Position numbers and translations under genes: made by a program. 64,000 nt of DNA from Octopus vulgaris (lineage: Eukaryota). This document shows positions 40,061 to 52,892 of the stretch, one piece after another. Positions within the stretch are counted from its first letter, which is position 1. Every line of letters starts with the position of its first letter. Below the pieces are notes generated by a model. The model made no database searches. It had not been told where the DNA came from and was given only the letters and a program-made list of their open reading frames with translations. The stretch lies in the NCBI GenBank assembly GCA_951406725.2, contig OX597837.1, positions 3,968,001 through 4,032,000 of the forward strand, read 5' to 3'.

Positions 40061-40148
<88 letters not shown>

Positions 40149-40185
40149 CCTTAGGAATAGGGTCTCAGGTTCGTAATTTCCCAAG

Positions 40186-40230
40186 GACACCTGAAGAAGC
40201 TGGAGGCTATATCAGCCGAAACGTTGTGTT
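40186..40230 (+). ncRNA. Minimal type-I hammerhead ribozyme motif (family F)
   Basis: GACAC-CUGAAGA-A-GCUG-gaggcuauau-CAGC-C-GAAACGU-U-GUGUU. Stem I has 5 bp, stem III is the palindrome ACGU, and the cleavage triplet is GUU. Confidence 0.75.
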
Positions 40231-40481
40231 GATAACATAGAAGATGAGGCCAAATATCCGTCAAATGTAAATGGTTTACATTATATCTTGTGATATTCCC
40301 TAACTCTTAGCCTCTTTTAAACAGATCATCAGTCGCTATAACGACTGACAAACGTCCAATGCATTTTGTTTCCATCGCAAGTCACGTTGGCAATCCTAAT
40401 ACTTTCACACGTGAAAATATAGAAAATTGTAATCCGAGATTATTACAGATTCCGGTACATCTTTCTCATGCTCTTCTCTTA

Positions 40482-40582
<101 letters not shown>

Positions 40583-40672
40583 GCTCTGGGTAACTCCATC
40601 CCTCTGTATACACACACACACATATATACATATGTGCGTCTGTGTGTATGCAGGTGTGCATATATGTGTATA

Positions 40673-40722
<50 letters not shown>

Positions 40723-40851
40723 GCAATTAAGGACAACTTCTTAATAAGGAAAACTTAACAAGAAATTATCGGGTAGATAGCGGGAAAAACCTCATAAAAG
40801 AAAAAATTTCGAAAATAATTCTTTCTTATTGAACATATTAATTTATATATA

Positions 40852-41244
40852 GAGGGCACTATTACACATACATGCCACACGCTAAGAGGGACAAAATTAG
40901 TCATTTCTACCAAAAATTTTACTAATCCCACCGAATGCAATTTTTCAAAGTAAGGCATTTAAAAATATGGACTTGTATCACCTGTGATTTCATACCTCTG
41001 TATTCATCAGCAAGTCTGGATGTATCATAAATAAACGAACCCACCTCGTCCAAGCCGAGCAGCTAACTGACCGACTCAAACGAAGCACATGAATACAGAG
41101 GTATGAAATCACAGGTGATACAAGTCCATATTTTTAAATGTCTTACTTTGAAAAATTGCATTCGGTGGGATTAGTAAAATTTTTGGTAGAAATGACTAAT
41201 TTTGTCCCTCTTAGCGTGTGGCATGTATGTGTAATAGTGCCCTC
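40852..41244. mobile_element. MITE with ~156-bp near-perfect TIRs (GAG termini, TA/TATA flanks; possibly Sola-like)
   Basis: 40852-41007 is inverted to 41089-41244 with one visible mismatch and an 81-bp spacer. Duplicated at ~61311-61702. Confidence 0.9.
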
Positions 41245-41714
41245 TATATATAAATAAATAAATATATATATATATATATATATACATACATATATACATA
41301 TATATACATATGTATATATATACATATCTATTTATATATCTATACATATATATATATATACATACACACACATATATATTTGTGTGTGCGTATGTGGATA
41401 TATATATATATATATGTGTATGTATGTATGTATGTATGTATGTATGTATGTATGCGCACATTGCAGAAGATCTTTCGTCTATTTTGTATTCTTTATTTTG
41501 TATTCCATGTAGCTCTACTCATTATGACTCCTTGTGTTCGACCGCTTTTTTGCATGAGTATCTGCTTGACAAATATCGTTCTTATGGTTAACTTTCTACA
41601 TCAAATGTACCAACTTTGGATGAAGTAGATGTAGTCTAAACTTCCATTCATCTGTCCACTTCTCTTTGAATGTGTATCGCGATTGCCACATGCTTATACA
41701 TATACATACATACA

Positions 41715-41781
<67 letters not shown>

Positions 41782-42479
41782 ATGGATATACACATATATA
41801 TGTACATATATATACATGTATATATATGTGTGTGTGTGTGTGTGTAATATACAGAGATAGACAGAAAGAGATACATCTATATATTCAGACACAAAAACCC
41901 ACGCACGCGCGCACACATATCCGTATGTAAATATGCATACATCAGCACATGAACACCAACATGTATATATACATATATTCATTACAGAAACTACATATTT
42001 TATGTTCAAAATATTTCTACAGTTCCAATAAACTAATGAAGGACAAAACTTTCAGTTTTTTTCTTGAAATTCTGTTGAAAAATCGCCAATTGTATTTCAA
42101 TTAAAAATAGAAATAAAGACTGTTTCTAAACCCAAGGCTAAAGTGTAAAATTTTGAAAATATTATTGAAAATTATTAGTTAAAACTAAAGACACCATGTC
42201 GCGTTTGCATCCTACTTAATTCAACCATCCTTTGATAAAAATAAAAAATGTATTCATTAAAAATTAATTAATTTAAATTCCGGCGTCTTTGTGTCGCCAT
42301 GTTAAACAGTCGACCAACTATGAGTGTGACATATAAAAATCTTATCAGAATCATTAAGTATTAAGGTTTAGTGTGTTGGCTTTCTTTCGTTCTCCGGAAC
42401 GAATTAGAACAACAGGATACCAGTAATATATTGTGGGAAGGTAATGTATATGGAGGCTGAGATCTCTTCCAAGAGCAAT

Positions 42480-43520
42480 GTTTAACCATGTATTCCCACT
42501 CTTCTCAGTCATTGTCGGGTCGTCGGCGACTAAACCGGCTCCCCTTCTCGATTCAGATTCCTGGATCTTGTAGGATGGTGTGAGGGTACCCGTCAGAAGT
42601 CAAAACAAGATCTGTTCAAACAAGGGCACAGGAGCGCTGTCCTTGTCCCTCACCACACTAAATTAAGACCCCCAAAGGTGTATCAAGTGGACGAAGCTAG
42701 AAGTGATCAATTCGTGCCAAGTACATGAGTAATTGGAGCGAAAAATTTAAATTACAGAATGGGTTGATCATATCAAAAGCTTGGCATGGAATACCGACAA
42801 TTTTATGCACGGCTACTAACATGCAGTTCAAGAACAAGAGATCTTCACCAAGTACCTATTGTATAAAAGGCAGAAACCATTGACAGAAACATATATAGGC
42901 TTTTTGGAAAACCGAGACCCTGTCAATTGCGAGACAATGACACCCACATGTTAGCATTCCATGGGGGTAGATGCAGTCGCCAGTCTGGGACACGATAGCA
43001 AAAAAGGAAACACCTACAGGCCAAGTTCACTTTATGAGGTCGATGGGTCAAAAGAATATGGGTGGAAATTAGAATTTAATGCAGCCATCAAGTTAAAATA
43101 TAACCAGTAAAATATTGTTGTGTTGAACCACAAGTAAAAGATAAGTTTTTCTTCAGAAAGGAGCTGCAATCTGCACCCTAGTGTGATTAGAAAAATACAA
43201 GAGAATGAGGACGTCAATGGACCATTGTTAAGGAGGTTGCAAGTTCAGTATCCATGATACATGTCCAGTTTGATACCTATTACTATTGGAACAATAGAAC
43301 GCATACAAAGTATGGCTGAACTTGCGTTCTTGGGGAAAGAACGGAAATCCTTAATTCATGCACTACAAATGGTCCCAATATTTGGGACTATGGGAATCTG
43401 GAAGACTTTCTTAAGATTTAAAGGGCGATGAACAAAACAAGGTGTTCTCTTTCAGAAAGTTGCTACCAAATTAGGTGGCGGGTCGACATTTACACTGAAT
43501 TAAAAATAGGAAGGGAACAT
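42480..43520 (+). mobile_element. Internally deleted, degenerate R4/Dong-like element (5' UTR plus endonuclease C-terminus)
   Basis: 43060-43430 reads ..IKLKYNQ*NIVVLN..KIQENEDVNGPLLRRLQVQYP*Y..IPITIGTI...LIHALQMVPIFGTMGIWKTFLRF, a restriction-like endonuclease end. It finishes in (ACAT)n and its 5' motif is shared with 49-74. Confidence 0.65.
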
Positions 43521-43595
43521 ACATACATACATACTTACATGGCACGCTGATGCACCAAGTCAGTTTTACCAGATGAAGGTATAGGTAGCCACGAA

Positions 43596-43599
43596 TAAC

Positions 43600-43651
<52 letters not shown>

Positions 43652-43896
43652 TGAAGAAGACGAAGAAGAAGAAGAAGAAGAAGAAGAAGAAGAAGAAGAA
43701 GAAGAAGAAGAAGATGATGATAATGATGAAGAAGAAAAGAAGAAGAAGAAGAAGAAGAAGAAAAAGAAGAAGAAGAAGAAGATGAAGAAGAAGATGAAGA
43801 AGAAGAAGAAGAAGAAAAGGAGAAGAAGTAAGAGAAGAAGAAGAAGAAGAAGAAGAAGAAGAGAAGAAGAAGAAGAAGAAGAAGAAAAAGGAGAAG

Positions 43897-43930
<34 letters not shown>

Positions 43931-44040
43931 AAGAAGAAGAAGATGAAGAAGAAGAGAAGAAGAAGAAGTGAAGAAGAAGAAGAAGAAGAAGAAGAAGAAG
44001 AAGAAGAAGAAGAAGAAGAAGAAGAAGAAGAAGAAGGAAA
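43596..44040. repeat. (AAT)n(GAA)n microsatellite
   Basis: Seen directly in the sequence. Confidence 0.95.
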
Positions 44041-44509
44041 CGAACAATATCAACAGCAATAAGAACAGCAAAATGATGAACAAGAGAACACGAATGAAAA
44101 GAATGATCAGCAGTGAAAGACGAAGTGAATGGCTAAAAGTGCAAATAAAACCATTTCCAGGAGAAAAACAAGTTGCAAAGTTCGAAAATAGAATGGTTGC
44201 GTTAGTTTGATTGACAACTCGGCCAAGAAATTACGGAGGAGGGCAGAGTTTCTAGATTAATGAAAAGGAAATTCGTGTAACACCGTCGATTCTATCGTCT
44301 ATAATTTTAAGGAAAAAAATGGTAAATTTGATTCTGCAGTGTAACAAAAACAAAAGAATACCGTGGGAATATGTGTTCGTGATCGATACGGTTGTATTTT
44401 GAATTTGAGTATAGCATTATCTCTTAGGTGGCTATATTGTTATCAATCAATCAGTGTAGCGGTCGGCTTGTGAATTTCTTAGTTATCTATTTGCTTGGAG
44501 AAAATGAAT

Positions 44510-44944
44510 CGGATCTTTTCGGTTTGACCGGCAGTTTTTAAAAATAATTTCCACGTGACTAAACACTTTTAAACTTCGTATACTGGTAGAATGTGTTTAT
44601 AAAACATCATTTTCTCTTGGCTTTATTGGGAAAATTCTATGGTTTGTAAGAAATTCGTTGTTTTTTCTTCAATATCTGCAATTTCAACCAATCACTGACG
44701 TCCATTGAGGTAAACAACATTCTGCGCCGTATGAATATGTCCCTCGTTTAAGAAACAGATTGGGTTTATTTACATTTGTGAAAAAAAAGATACCCTTCCT
44801 CCACCCCTAACCCTAAATAACCCTAAATAACCCTAACGGCAAAATAGATTGAAATGCAATAGATCGATACTAGGGTCATTATTATGGGTGACAATTTCAT
44901 ATGACACCGCTAGAAAAAACTGCTGTTCAAACCGAAAAGATCCG
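44510..44944. mobile_element. Non-autonomous TIR element with internal CCCTAA-like repeats
   Basis: ~30-bp TIRs (CGGATCTTTTCGGTTTGACCGGCAGTTTTT / AAAAACTGCTGTTCAAACCGAAAAGATCCG), imperfect 9-10-bp flanking repeat AAAAT(G/T)AAT, and CCCTAA units at 44805-44836. Confidence 0.8.
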
Positions 44945-45354
44945 CAAAATTAATTACGCAAGTACAAAGCAATAAGATCTGTAATCTCATGAGAGATTAT
45001 TAGAACCCTTGCAGACACCAAAAGCGAGGTTATGCCCTTACGTGATCCCAAATGAACTGTCGAAGTTTACTACAATCGTTTTGACCTGTAAAGTAATAAC
45101 AATGTCAAGCATACCGCCAGTTAAGAAGGTGACGAAATCAATAACTTTATTGAGCAAATGGGAGGCGTTAGAATCATATTAGTTAAATATATCAAACCGC
45201 AGAACGGAGAATTAATTAAACTAATTTATCACGTAATAAATTTTTTTGTAAGATCTAATTAGTTTATGTCTAAGCTTTATCTAAAAGGTTGTAAGTACGC
45301 TTGGCATAGTGATTTTGGGTGTAGCGGTCACGATCGCAAGACCGTACCGATTCG

Positions 45355-45865
45355 CGGACCAAGTCCGGGCAAGGTAGTTTATGGAAGACCAGCAGTCACT
45401 CATGTATACCTATTTCTTTATTACCCACAAGGGGCTAAACACAGAGGGGACAAACAAGGACAGACATAGGTATTAAGTCGATTACATCGACCCCAGTGCG
45501 TAACTGGTACTTAATTTATCGACCCCGAAAGGATGAAAGGCAAAGTCGACCTCGGCGGAATTTGAACTCACAACGTAACGCAGACGAAATACCGCTAAGC
45601 ATTTCGCCCAGCGTGCTAACGTTTCTGCCAGCTCGCCGCCTCATGTATACCGGCCACCCCTCTCCACGCCACCAGTGTTATCCAAGGGAAAGGCAAAGGG
45701 GGGGATACAGCTTGGCACCTGTGACGTCGCAACTCCTTTCTACAGCTGAGTGAACTGTAGCAACGTGAAATAAAGTGTCTTGCTCAAGAACACAACACGC
45801 AGCCCGGTCCGAGCTCACTGACTCACGACCGTAAGCTCGACGCTCTAACCACTGAGCCATGCGAC
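45355..45865 (-). mobile_element. SINE family C with a SINE B nested inside
   Basis: Reverse complement of 14925-15200. The SINE B at 45411-45640 is flanked by TSD TCATGTATACC (45400-45410 and 45641-45651). Confidence 0.9.
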
Positions 45866-46204
45866 TTCACGTTTCCGAAATATTTAACAAAATATCGTTT
45901 AAATCTATTTTATTTCACACCTGCTTACCATAATTCTTCTCGTAAATCAGAATTGCACAAATTCATAAGGTTGCTTTCTACAAATTTAATTGCATGTTTA
46001 AAAATATTTTATATAAAATGCAATTAAAATATCTGAGTAGACTTTGTTCTGTGACTAAGAAGCTCATTTTGCAGCTATGTAGTTTTGAGTTCAGTCCCAC
46101 TGTGTTACACTTTGGGTAAAAGCCTTCTATTATAACCCCGGAACTGACTGATCCATCAACACCGAATTTAGTAAAGGGGAAACTTTGTGGAATGGAAAAG
46201 AATT

Positions 46205-46352
46205 GAAAAGTCCTTTACCTCTCGAGTCTCCGCTCTTCGATAGTGGAGACTCGAGACGCAAAGGACTTTTCCATTCTTCCCGATAATTAAACTGATACAC
46301 AGGCTTGTTATTCCTACACCTTCCTCCGTCTTATTTTCGGTAAATTTTAACT
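46205..46352 (+). mobile_element. Small axe-like fold-back (30-bp arms plus 3' extension into (TA)n)
   Basis: GAAAAGTCCTTT..TCTCGAGTCTCCGCT is inverted to AGTGGAGACTCGAGA..AAAGGACTTTTC. CTC-GAGACGCA resembles a decayed HHR 3' half (CTC-GAAACGTA). Confidence 0.5.
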
Positions 46353-46438
46353 ATATATATATATTTGTGTGTGTGTATATATATATATATATTTATATAT
46401 ATATTTGTGTGTGTGTGTGTATATATGTATATATCTAC

Positions 46439-46555
<117 letters not shown>

Positions 46556-48068
46556 TAGATATGTATATATGTATGTATGTATATATATATATATATATGT
46601 GTGCGTGTGTGTGTGTGTGTTTATGGGCATATCTTTTTCTTCGTAACCCAGCGCACCTTGACAACTGGCGTTCTTCTGTTTATATCACCGTAGCCTACTC
46701 ATTTTTTTAAAAAATAGACCGTTAGAATAAATACCAGTTTTTAAAAATCACCTTAGATATGAGGTGGGGAAACGACTTGTCGGAATAAAACCTTTCAAGA
46801 TGTTTCCCAGAGCATAACACTCAGTCACAAGAAAATTTATACAGGGTTTACCACCAATGATATTAAGAACCCTCCCTCTCCATAAGTACTATTTTCGGAA
46901 CAATGAGAGAAGAAATACTTCTTTGCTCAACTATATTTGGAATTTGAAAGAAGTGCAGATGCTCTCTAAAATTTAAGTTTTGAACATTCTAATAAAATAT
47001 TGATGGCACACTGGAAATCGAAAATCTTCTAGCTAAGGCGTTTGAAATTCTTTACATTGAGGTTTGATAAATAAAATCTGAGACAATTATTTCGAGCAAT
47101 CACAAGATTGTAATTCATGTATTGGAAACCATTTAAGTACTTTGTTTATAGCTATCTCCTTCATTAGAAATGAAATCACAGATTTCTCCAACCGAAATTT
47201 GTGTAGCTCCGTTTCGAAACTGAATCGCAAGGTAACCGAGGAGATATCATCATCAAACCATAGTAGTTTCACATGATCAGTCCATTAAAAACGAAAATTG
47301 GTTTCAAGAAATCACGCGAATCGGTTTTCTAGATTTTTCCTCACTCTACCCTATATAAAGGTGGTTTTTTGATGGTCATTGCAGAATATTGAAACAGCTG
47401 TAAGTCGTCACCTGTCTTATCACCACATCAAACCGATAAATGCAGATGGCACTCAGATTGTAACGCTGTTATTTTCTAGTTCTCATAGGCCAGTCACAAA
47501 TCGCTAAATCAGTTAGCTTGTCGTAAATACCGAACTTGTCGTCTCTCACAGTAATTAGCTGTTAGTATTCGTTAAAGATCAACACAGAAAACAAACACTA
47601 CGTGCAATTATAAAATCTTCTGTTGCTTGTTAATTAATTCTTTACAGCGCCCACGAGATACACTGTCATTAACTAATACAAACGCAGCAATAGCACCACC
47701 TGCTACGACTACCTCGACGGCAACCACTCTCTCGACAAATGCTTATTGCATTTATTGTAAACAATTCTAATTTTATCGTATCTACTATTACAATTAATGT
47801 TAAACGATCACATTCAACTACTAATTAATTTCTGGAGAAGTGTATGTCTCTTTTCGTCGTATTTTAATTTCACGAATATGTAATTATTATTGACTTTGAA
47901 CACTAGCCTAAGATAGAAGTAATTATTTTCCGGCTAATTTTGTAAAGCGAACTATATCCCCCCACCTCTTGATATCAGTGTATCGACTCTTAATCTGCAT
48001 CTCTACATTACTTGTGAGGTTGAACACATACAGGTTGTCTTATATAATGGTATACTATGTAGATATAA

Positions 48069-48300
48069 GGCGGCGAGCTGGCAGAATGGTTAGCACGCAG
48101 GGCGAAATGCTTAGCGGTATTTCCTCTGCCGCTACGTTCTGAGTTCAAATTCCGCCGAGGCCGACTTTGCCTTTCATCCTTTCGGGGTCGATAAATTAAG
48201 CACCAGTTACGCACTGGGGTCGATGTAATCGACTTAACCCTTTGTCTGTCCTTGTTTGTCCCCTCTATGTTTAGCCTCTTGTGGGCAATAAAGAAATAAG
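48069..48300 (+). mobile_element. SINE family B monomer
   Basis: Complete head, body and tail. Confidence 0.92.
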
Positions 48301-48332
48301 AAACGTCTTTTGTTTTTTTCGTAAACTCCCCC

Positions 48333-48537
<205 letters not shown>

Positions 48538-49263
48538 CCATATTCGTGTTTTTCTGATATATCTTTAAATGCAACCTCAGTTGTTACGTCTTTACAAGAC
48601 AAATAATTTTACGAATAATCCTCATAATTTCTTCAAAGTTTCTGGAATAAGCTAGTTGGTTTATATAATTTCATCGTAAATTTTCTTATATTAATATCTT
48701 TTCGCCGAATACGGAATCATATAATTTTAGCTTCGTCCTACGAATATAATTCTTCTATTCTCAGCCTCTCATGATATCTACCGAAAGTTATTTGTATCTC
48801 TTGACTATTCCAATAATAATACTTCTATAAATTTTTTTTATTATCTAATACCGCGTTATAATTTATTCGCTGCTTAATTTATATCATAAACAATCTTTAT
48901 TCTCTTCGTGTTAATTTGATTTGAAATCTAATTAGAAATATATATATTTTATTATCTCGTAGAAACTCCTGCTTATCTACAGTATATATTTAGGTAGTAC
49001 GACACATCAGATAACGCATCGGTGTCGCAGTGTTTCAACGTAGCTCGATTTAATCAACTTAGAACTTATGGAATCCCAGTGGTGTTCTAAATGGTTTCTA
49101 CTTGTGTTCGTCTTCATGTTTCCTGGTATTTGTTTTTTCCAATCAGTCTTTTATATCCTTTTCTTTCGTTCGTAATTTTGTTACCTGTATCTAAATCAAA
49201 CTGACGCACTGCTTCGTATTTCAAAGTTCTCCACTTGTTTCTCATTTAACGCGGTCAGTACCC

Positions 49264-49312
<49 letters not shown>

Positions 49313-49314
49313 GT

Positions 49315-49671
49315 GGAGGCGCAATGGCCCAGTGGTTAGGGCAGCGGACTCGCGGTCGTAGGATTGCGGTTTCGATTCCCAGACCGGGCGTTGTGAGTGT
49401 TTATTGGGCGAAAACACCTAGAGCCCCACGAGCCTCCGGCAGGGGATGGTGGTGATCCCTGCTGTACTCTTTCACCACAACTTTCTCTCACTCTTACTTC
49501 CTGTTTCTGTTGTACCTTGTCACTCTCTGTGTCACGCTGAATATCCCCGAGAACTACGTTAAGGGTACACGTGTCTGTGGAGTGCTCAGCCACTTACACG
49601 TTAATTTCACGAGCAGGCTGTTCCGTTGATCGGATCAACCGGAACCCTCATCGTCGTAACCGACGGAGTGC
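49315..49671 (+). mobile_element. SINE family D, tail type 1
   Basis: A-box TGGCCCAGTGG, B-box-like TTTCGATTCCC, inserted in (TG)n. Confidence 0.88.
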
Positions 49672-49740
49672 TTCAGATGTGTGTGTGTGTTTGTGTGTGT
49701 GTGTGTGCGTGTGTGTGTGTGTGTGTGTGCGTGTGTGTGT

Positions 49741-50033
49741 GGAAGCGCAATGGCCCAGTAGTTAGGGCGGCGGACTCGCGGTCGTAGGATCGCTGTTTGT
49801 GAGTGTTTATTGAGCGAAAACACCTAAAGCTCCACGAGGCTCTGGCAGGGGGAAGAGGGGGGCGATCCCTGCTGTACTCTTTCACCACAACTGTCTCTCA
49901 CTCTTTCTTCTGTTGGCCTGCTTGCTTAGCCAGCGGGGTGGCGTCATTTGAAGGCTAAAACGATGCGAAGCGCATTGTGACCAGCGATGTGTAGCAACAT
50001 CTGATAGCCTGGTCGGTCATGGTGATCACGATG

Positions 50034-50034
<1 letters not shown>
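49741..50034 (+). mobile_element. SINE family D, tail type 2
   Basis: Same head and body (B-box deleted) with a different tail ending TAGCCTGGTCGGTCATGGTGATCACGATGA. Confidence 0.85.
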
Positions 50035-50078
<44 letters not shown>

Positions 50079-50123
50079 TATATATATTAGCCTTCTTCGT
50101 TTCTCTCTCTCTCTTTGCACATA

Positions 50124-50154
<31 letters not shown>

Positions 50155-50230
50155 AAGTGCTATAAAAGGTTATCCGTTAGGTTTCAAGTTCACAGCAGAG
50201 GCTGAAGATTTATCTGTAGTAAACATTCGA

Positions 50231-50522
50231 GTTTGTTTGTTCCTTCTCAGCCATGCCTGACTCATAAGGCCAGTTTCCCGTTTTCCTTGGCGTATAGGTT
50301 CCCCACCTGGACGAGACGCCGGTCTGTCGCAGGTGAGCTGCAAGATGCAGTAGGAAAGAAAGCTGTGGCGAAAGAATCAGCAAAAGTTCGCCATTACCTT
50401 CTGCCAGAGCTGCGTAGACCTTATATGTTTCGCTCAAAAACACACATCACCTGGTCTGAGATTCGAACCCGCGATCCCTCGAACGCGAGTCCGCTGCTCT
50501 AACCACTAGGCCATGTGCCTCC
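50231..50522 (-). mobile_element. SINE family D-related, tail type 4
   Basis: Minus strand GGAGGCACATGGCCTAGTGGTTAGAGCAGCGGACTCGCG...GGTTCGAATCTC, with a tail ending in (AAAC)n. Confidence 0.85.
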
Positions 50523-51474
50523 AGAGACTTTCGAGTTACATGGTATATATTGAGGTAATATTATAACAAAACCAAGGCAGGACGAGTTCCTCAAGACATT
50601 TAGAATATCTAATTAAAGTAGCGTGAATTGGGAGTAATTAATTAATTAGTTAATTAATGAATAAATTATCTAATTATTGGATGACGTACAGCTGTTTCTA
50701 GGTTATCAATATGAAAGCAACATTCGAAATACTGTCAAAATTTTAAGATGCTTCAATATGAAAGTAACGTGACATATTCGATGACATAACCTCTCAAATC
50801 CAGGTGTGCTTCAGGTCTATTTGAAGACACGTCGTTGAAAAGGTCGCAAATAGCGAGGAGTTTGACGAAGATAACTGATTGTTTGATCAACCGAATGATT
50901 AATCAAACTATCGTTTAATTAGTTGGTTAAATGGGAACCTGATTACCAAATGCTAAAAACTCCAATGGAACCTCTGCATGTATGCGCCTGTTTATTGGCG
51001 CTTTAATGACCTTCCTGAGATGCAATAAAATATGTTTCAACACAAGAGTTCACAATACGAATCTTGCATACCAAATACAATGACGAAACTCACATTTCCA
51101 TCAGCAACCAATTTTTTCGTCGACCATGCACGTTTTCAGGGGATGCCGAAAGAAAAAGCAAATTCTCTTTGTGACTGACCATCGAAAAGCAACCGAGGCG
51201 GGAAAAATAGACCGAAACTAAGGGCGTTATCCAACCGATGTTTACCGTCTGTGAAAAAAATGACTACTATAAAATGCTCGACGGTGTATTAAATCATAGA
51301 ATTATTATCCAGGCGAACTGCAATGTTCATTAAAAAAAACTTGAGTCTGTTGTGCGTGTGAAAAGACGTCCAAGTAACATAGTAATTGAAGTCTAGTGCA
51401 GAAAAGTTCAAAGAGAGACAAGTTAATAAAGTTCGTGTATGGTTTAACGAAATACTGAACAGAGTTCCAACAAT

Positions 51475-51477
<3 letters not shown>

Positions 51478-51511
<34 letters not shown>

Positions 51512-51785
51512 TATATACATATATATACATACATATATATACATATATACATACATATATATATATACATATATACATATATATATATACATATATACAC
51601 ATACATATATACATATATATACATATGTATATATATACATGTATATAAACACATATATATACATATATATACATATATATATATACACACATATATATAT
51701 ATATATACATATATATACATATATATATGTATATATAGGTATATATATATATACATATATATACATATATATATGTATATATATG

Positions 51786-51837
<52 letters not shown>

Positions 51838-51905
51838 CATACATACATATATATTATATATATATATACATACATATATATATATATATATACATATATA
51901 TATGT
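51478..51905. repeat. (TA)n/(TACA)n compound microsatellite
   Basis: Seen directly in the sequence. Confidence 0.95.
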
Positions 51906-52550
51906 TTAGTCGTTACGCATACATTTATCACATACCGGTTGGTTGTTTACCCCCGAAGTGCTTTGAAGAAACACATTTATATATTTTAGTCGTAAATTCA
52001 ATTATAGATCTATACAGTACACCCAAGCAAACTAATCTCTCCATAAATGAAACTTCTTTTCCTAAATCTATTTTCTCTTCAGTATGACACTAATTTCTTG
52101 ATAGACCAGTTGTAGAAATGACTGGAGCGTAAGAGCAACTGTTAATAATTCTTAGTGTTCATGTGGTTGTTGCTGTTCTTAAGCCTCAGGTCAATTACTA
52201 TCGAACAGAAGTGTAATCAGAAGTGTTATAACCTTGAGAATTCAATTGTTATTTTTTTCTTTTTCTTCAACAAGAAATATTATTGGAATGTCAGAAACAA
52301 AAATTCGTTCAGTGCTGATTTTTTTTGTTCTTTATATGCTTCGAAAGAGGTACTATTTATTTAAATTTAAAGAGCGATGAAAGAAATGTTGTAGAGGAAG
52401 TATAGGGTTATGTAAAAAATATAGAACACTATGATAATACTTTACACATTAATTTAAATAACATGAGAAAGGGTCAAAATAGGTGAGGAAACACGTGAAT
52501 TTATCTGACAGATCAATACACATAGACACAAACATATGCACACAACACAC

Positions 52551-52581
<31 letters not shown>

Positions 52582-52784
52582 CTACAAAATTAGAGAATGG
52601 AGAAACATACTTAAATCAGTAAAACATCAACTATCCGATGATACTCAATCCATACTTTAATACACCATTACATATGAGTAAAGGCAATATATAAAATGAA
52701 ATGAGATATACAGTAATAGTAAAAGTAAAAAGATAAAGAGATATAAGTAAAAAATTTCACATATAATATGCAAATAAATCAAAA

Positions 52785-52892
52785 CTGACAGCTGTTTCGG
52801 CAGTGAGGACAGTCATACCTCATTTAACCTATAAGCCATAAAGGCAGGTATAAATGAGGCATTAACAAGGATGCCCCACGGCCTCTTCAGAG
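52785..52892 (-). ncRNA. Type-I hammerhead with long stem II (inverted copy)
   Basis: Exact reverse complement of 53461-53568. Confidence 0.75.

Larger units (their letters stand above)
39631..40273 (+). mobile_element. SINE family F: tRNA head + (AAT)n + hammerhead-containing tail, with a Dong fragment nested in the (AAT)n
   Basis: A-box TGGCGTAGTGG (39637-39647), B-box GTTCGATTCC (39680-39689), (AAT)n, then the family F module with an HHR at 40186-40230. Confidence 0.7.

Noticed and set aside
42280-42310. CGCCATGTT (YY1-like) motif suggesting a promoter
   Set aside because: It is an isolated short motif with no supporting gene structure.
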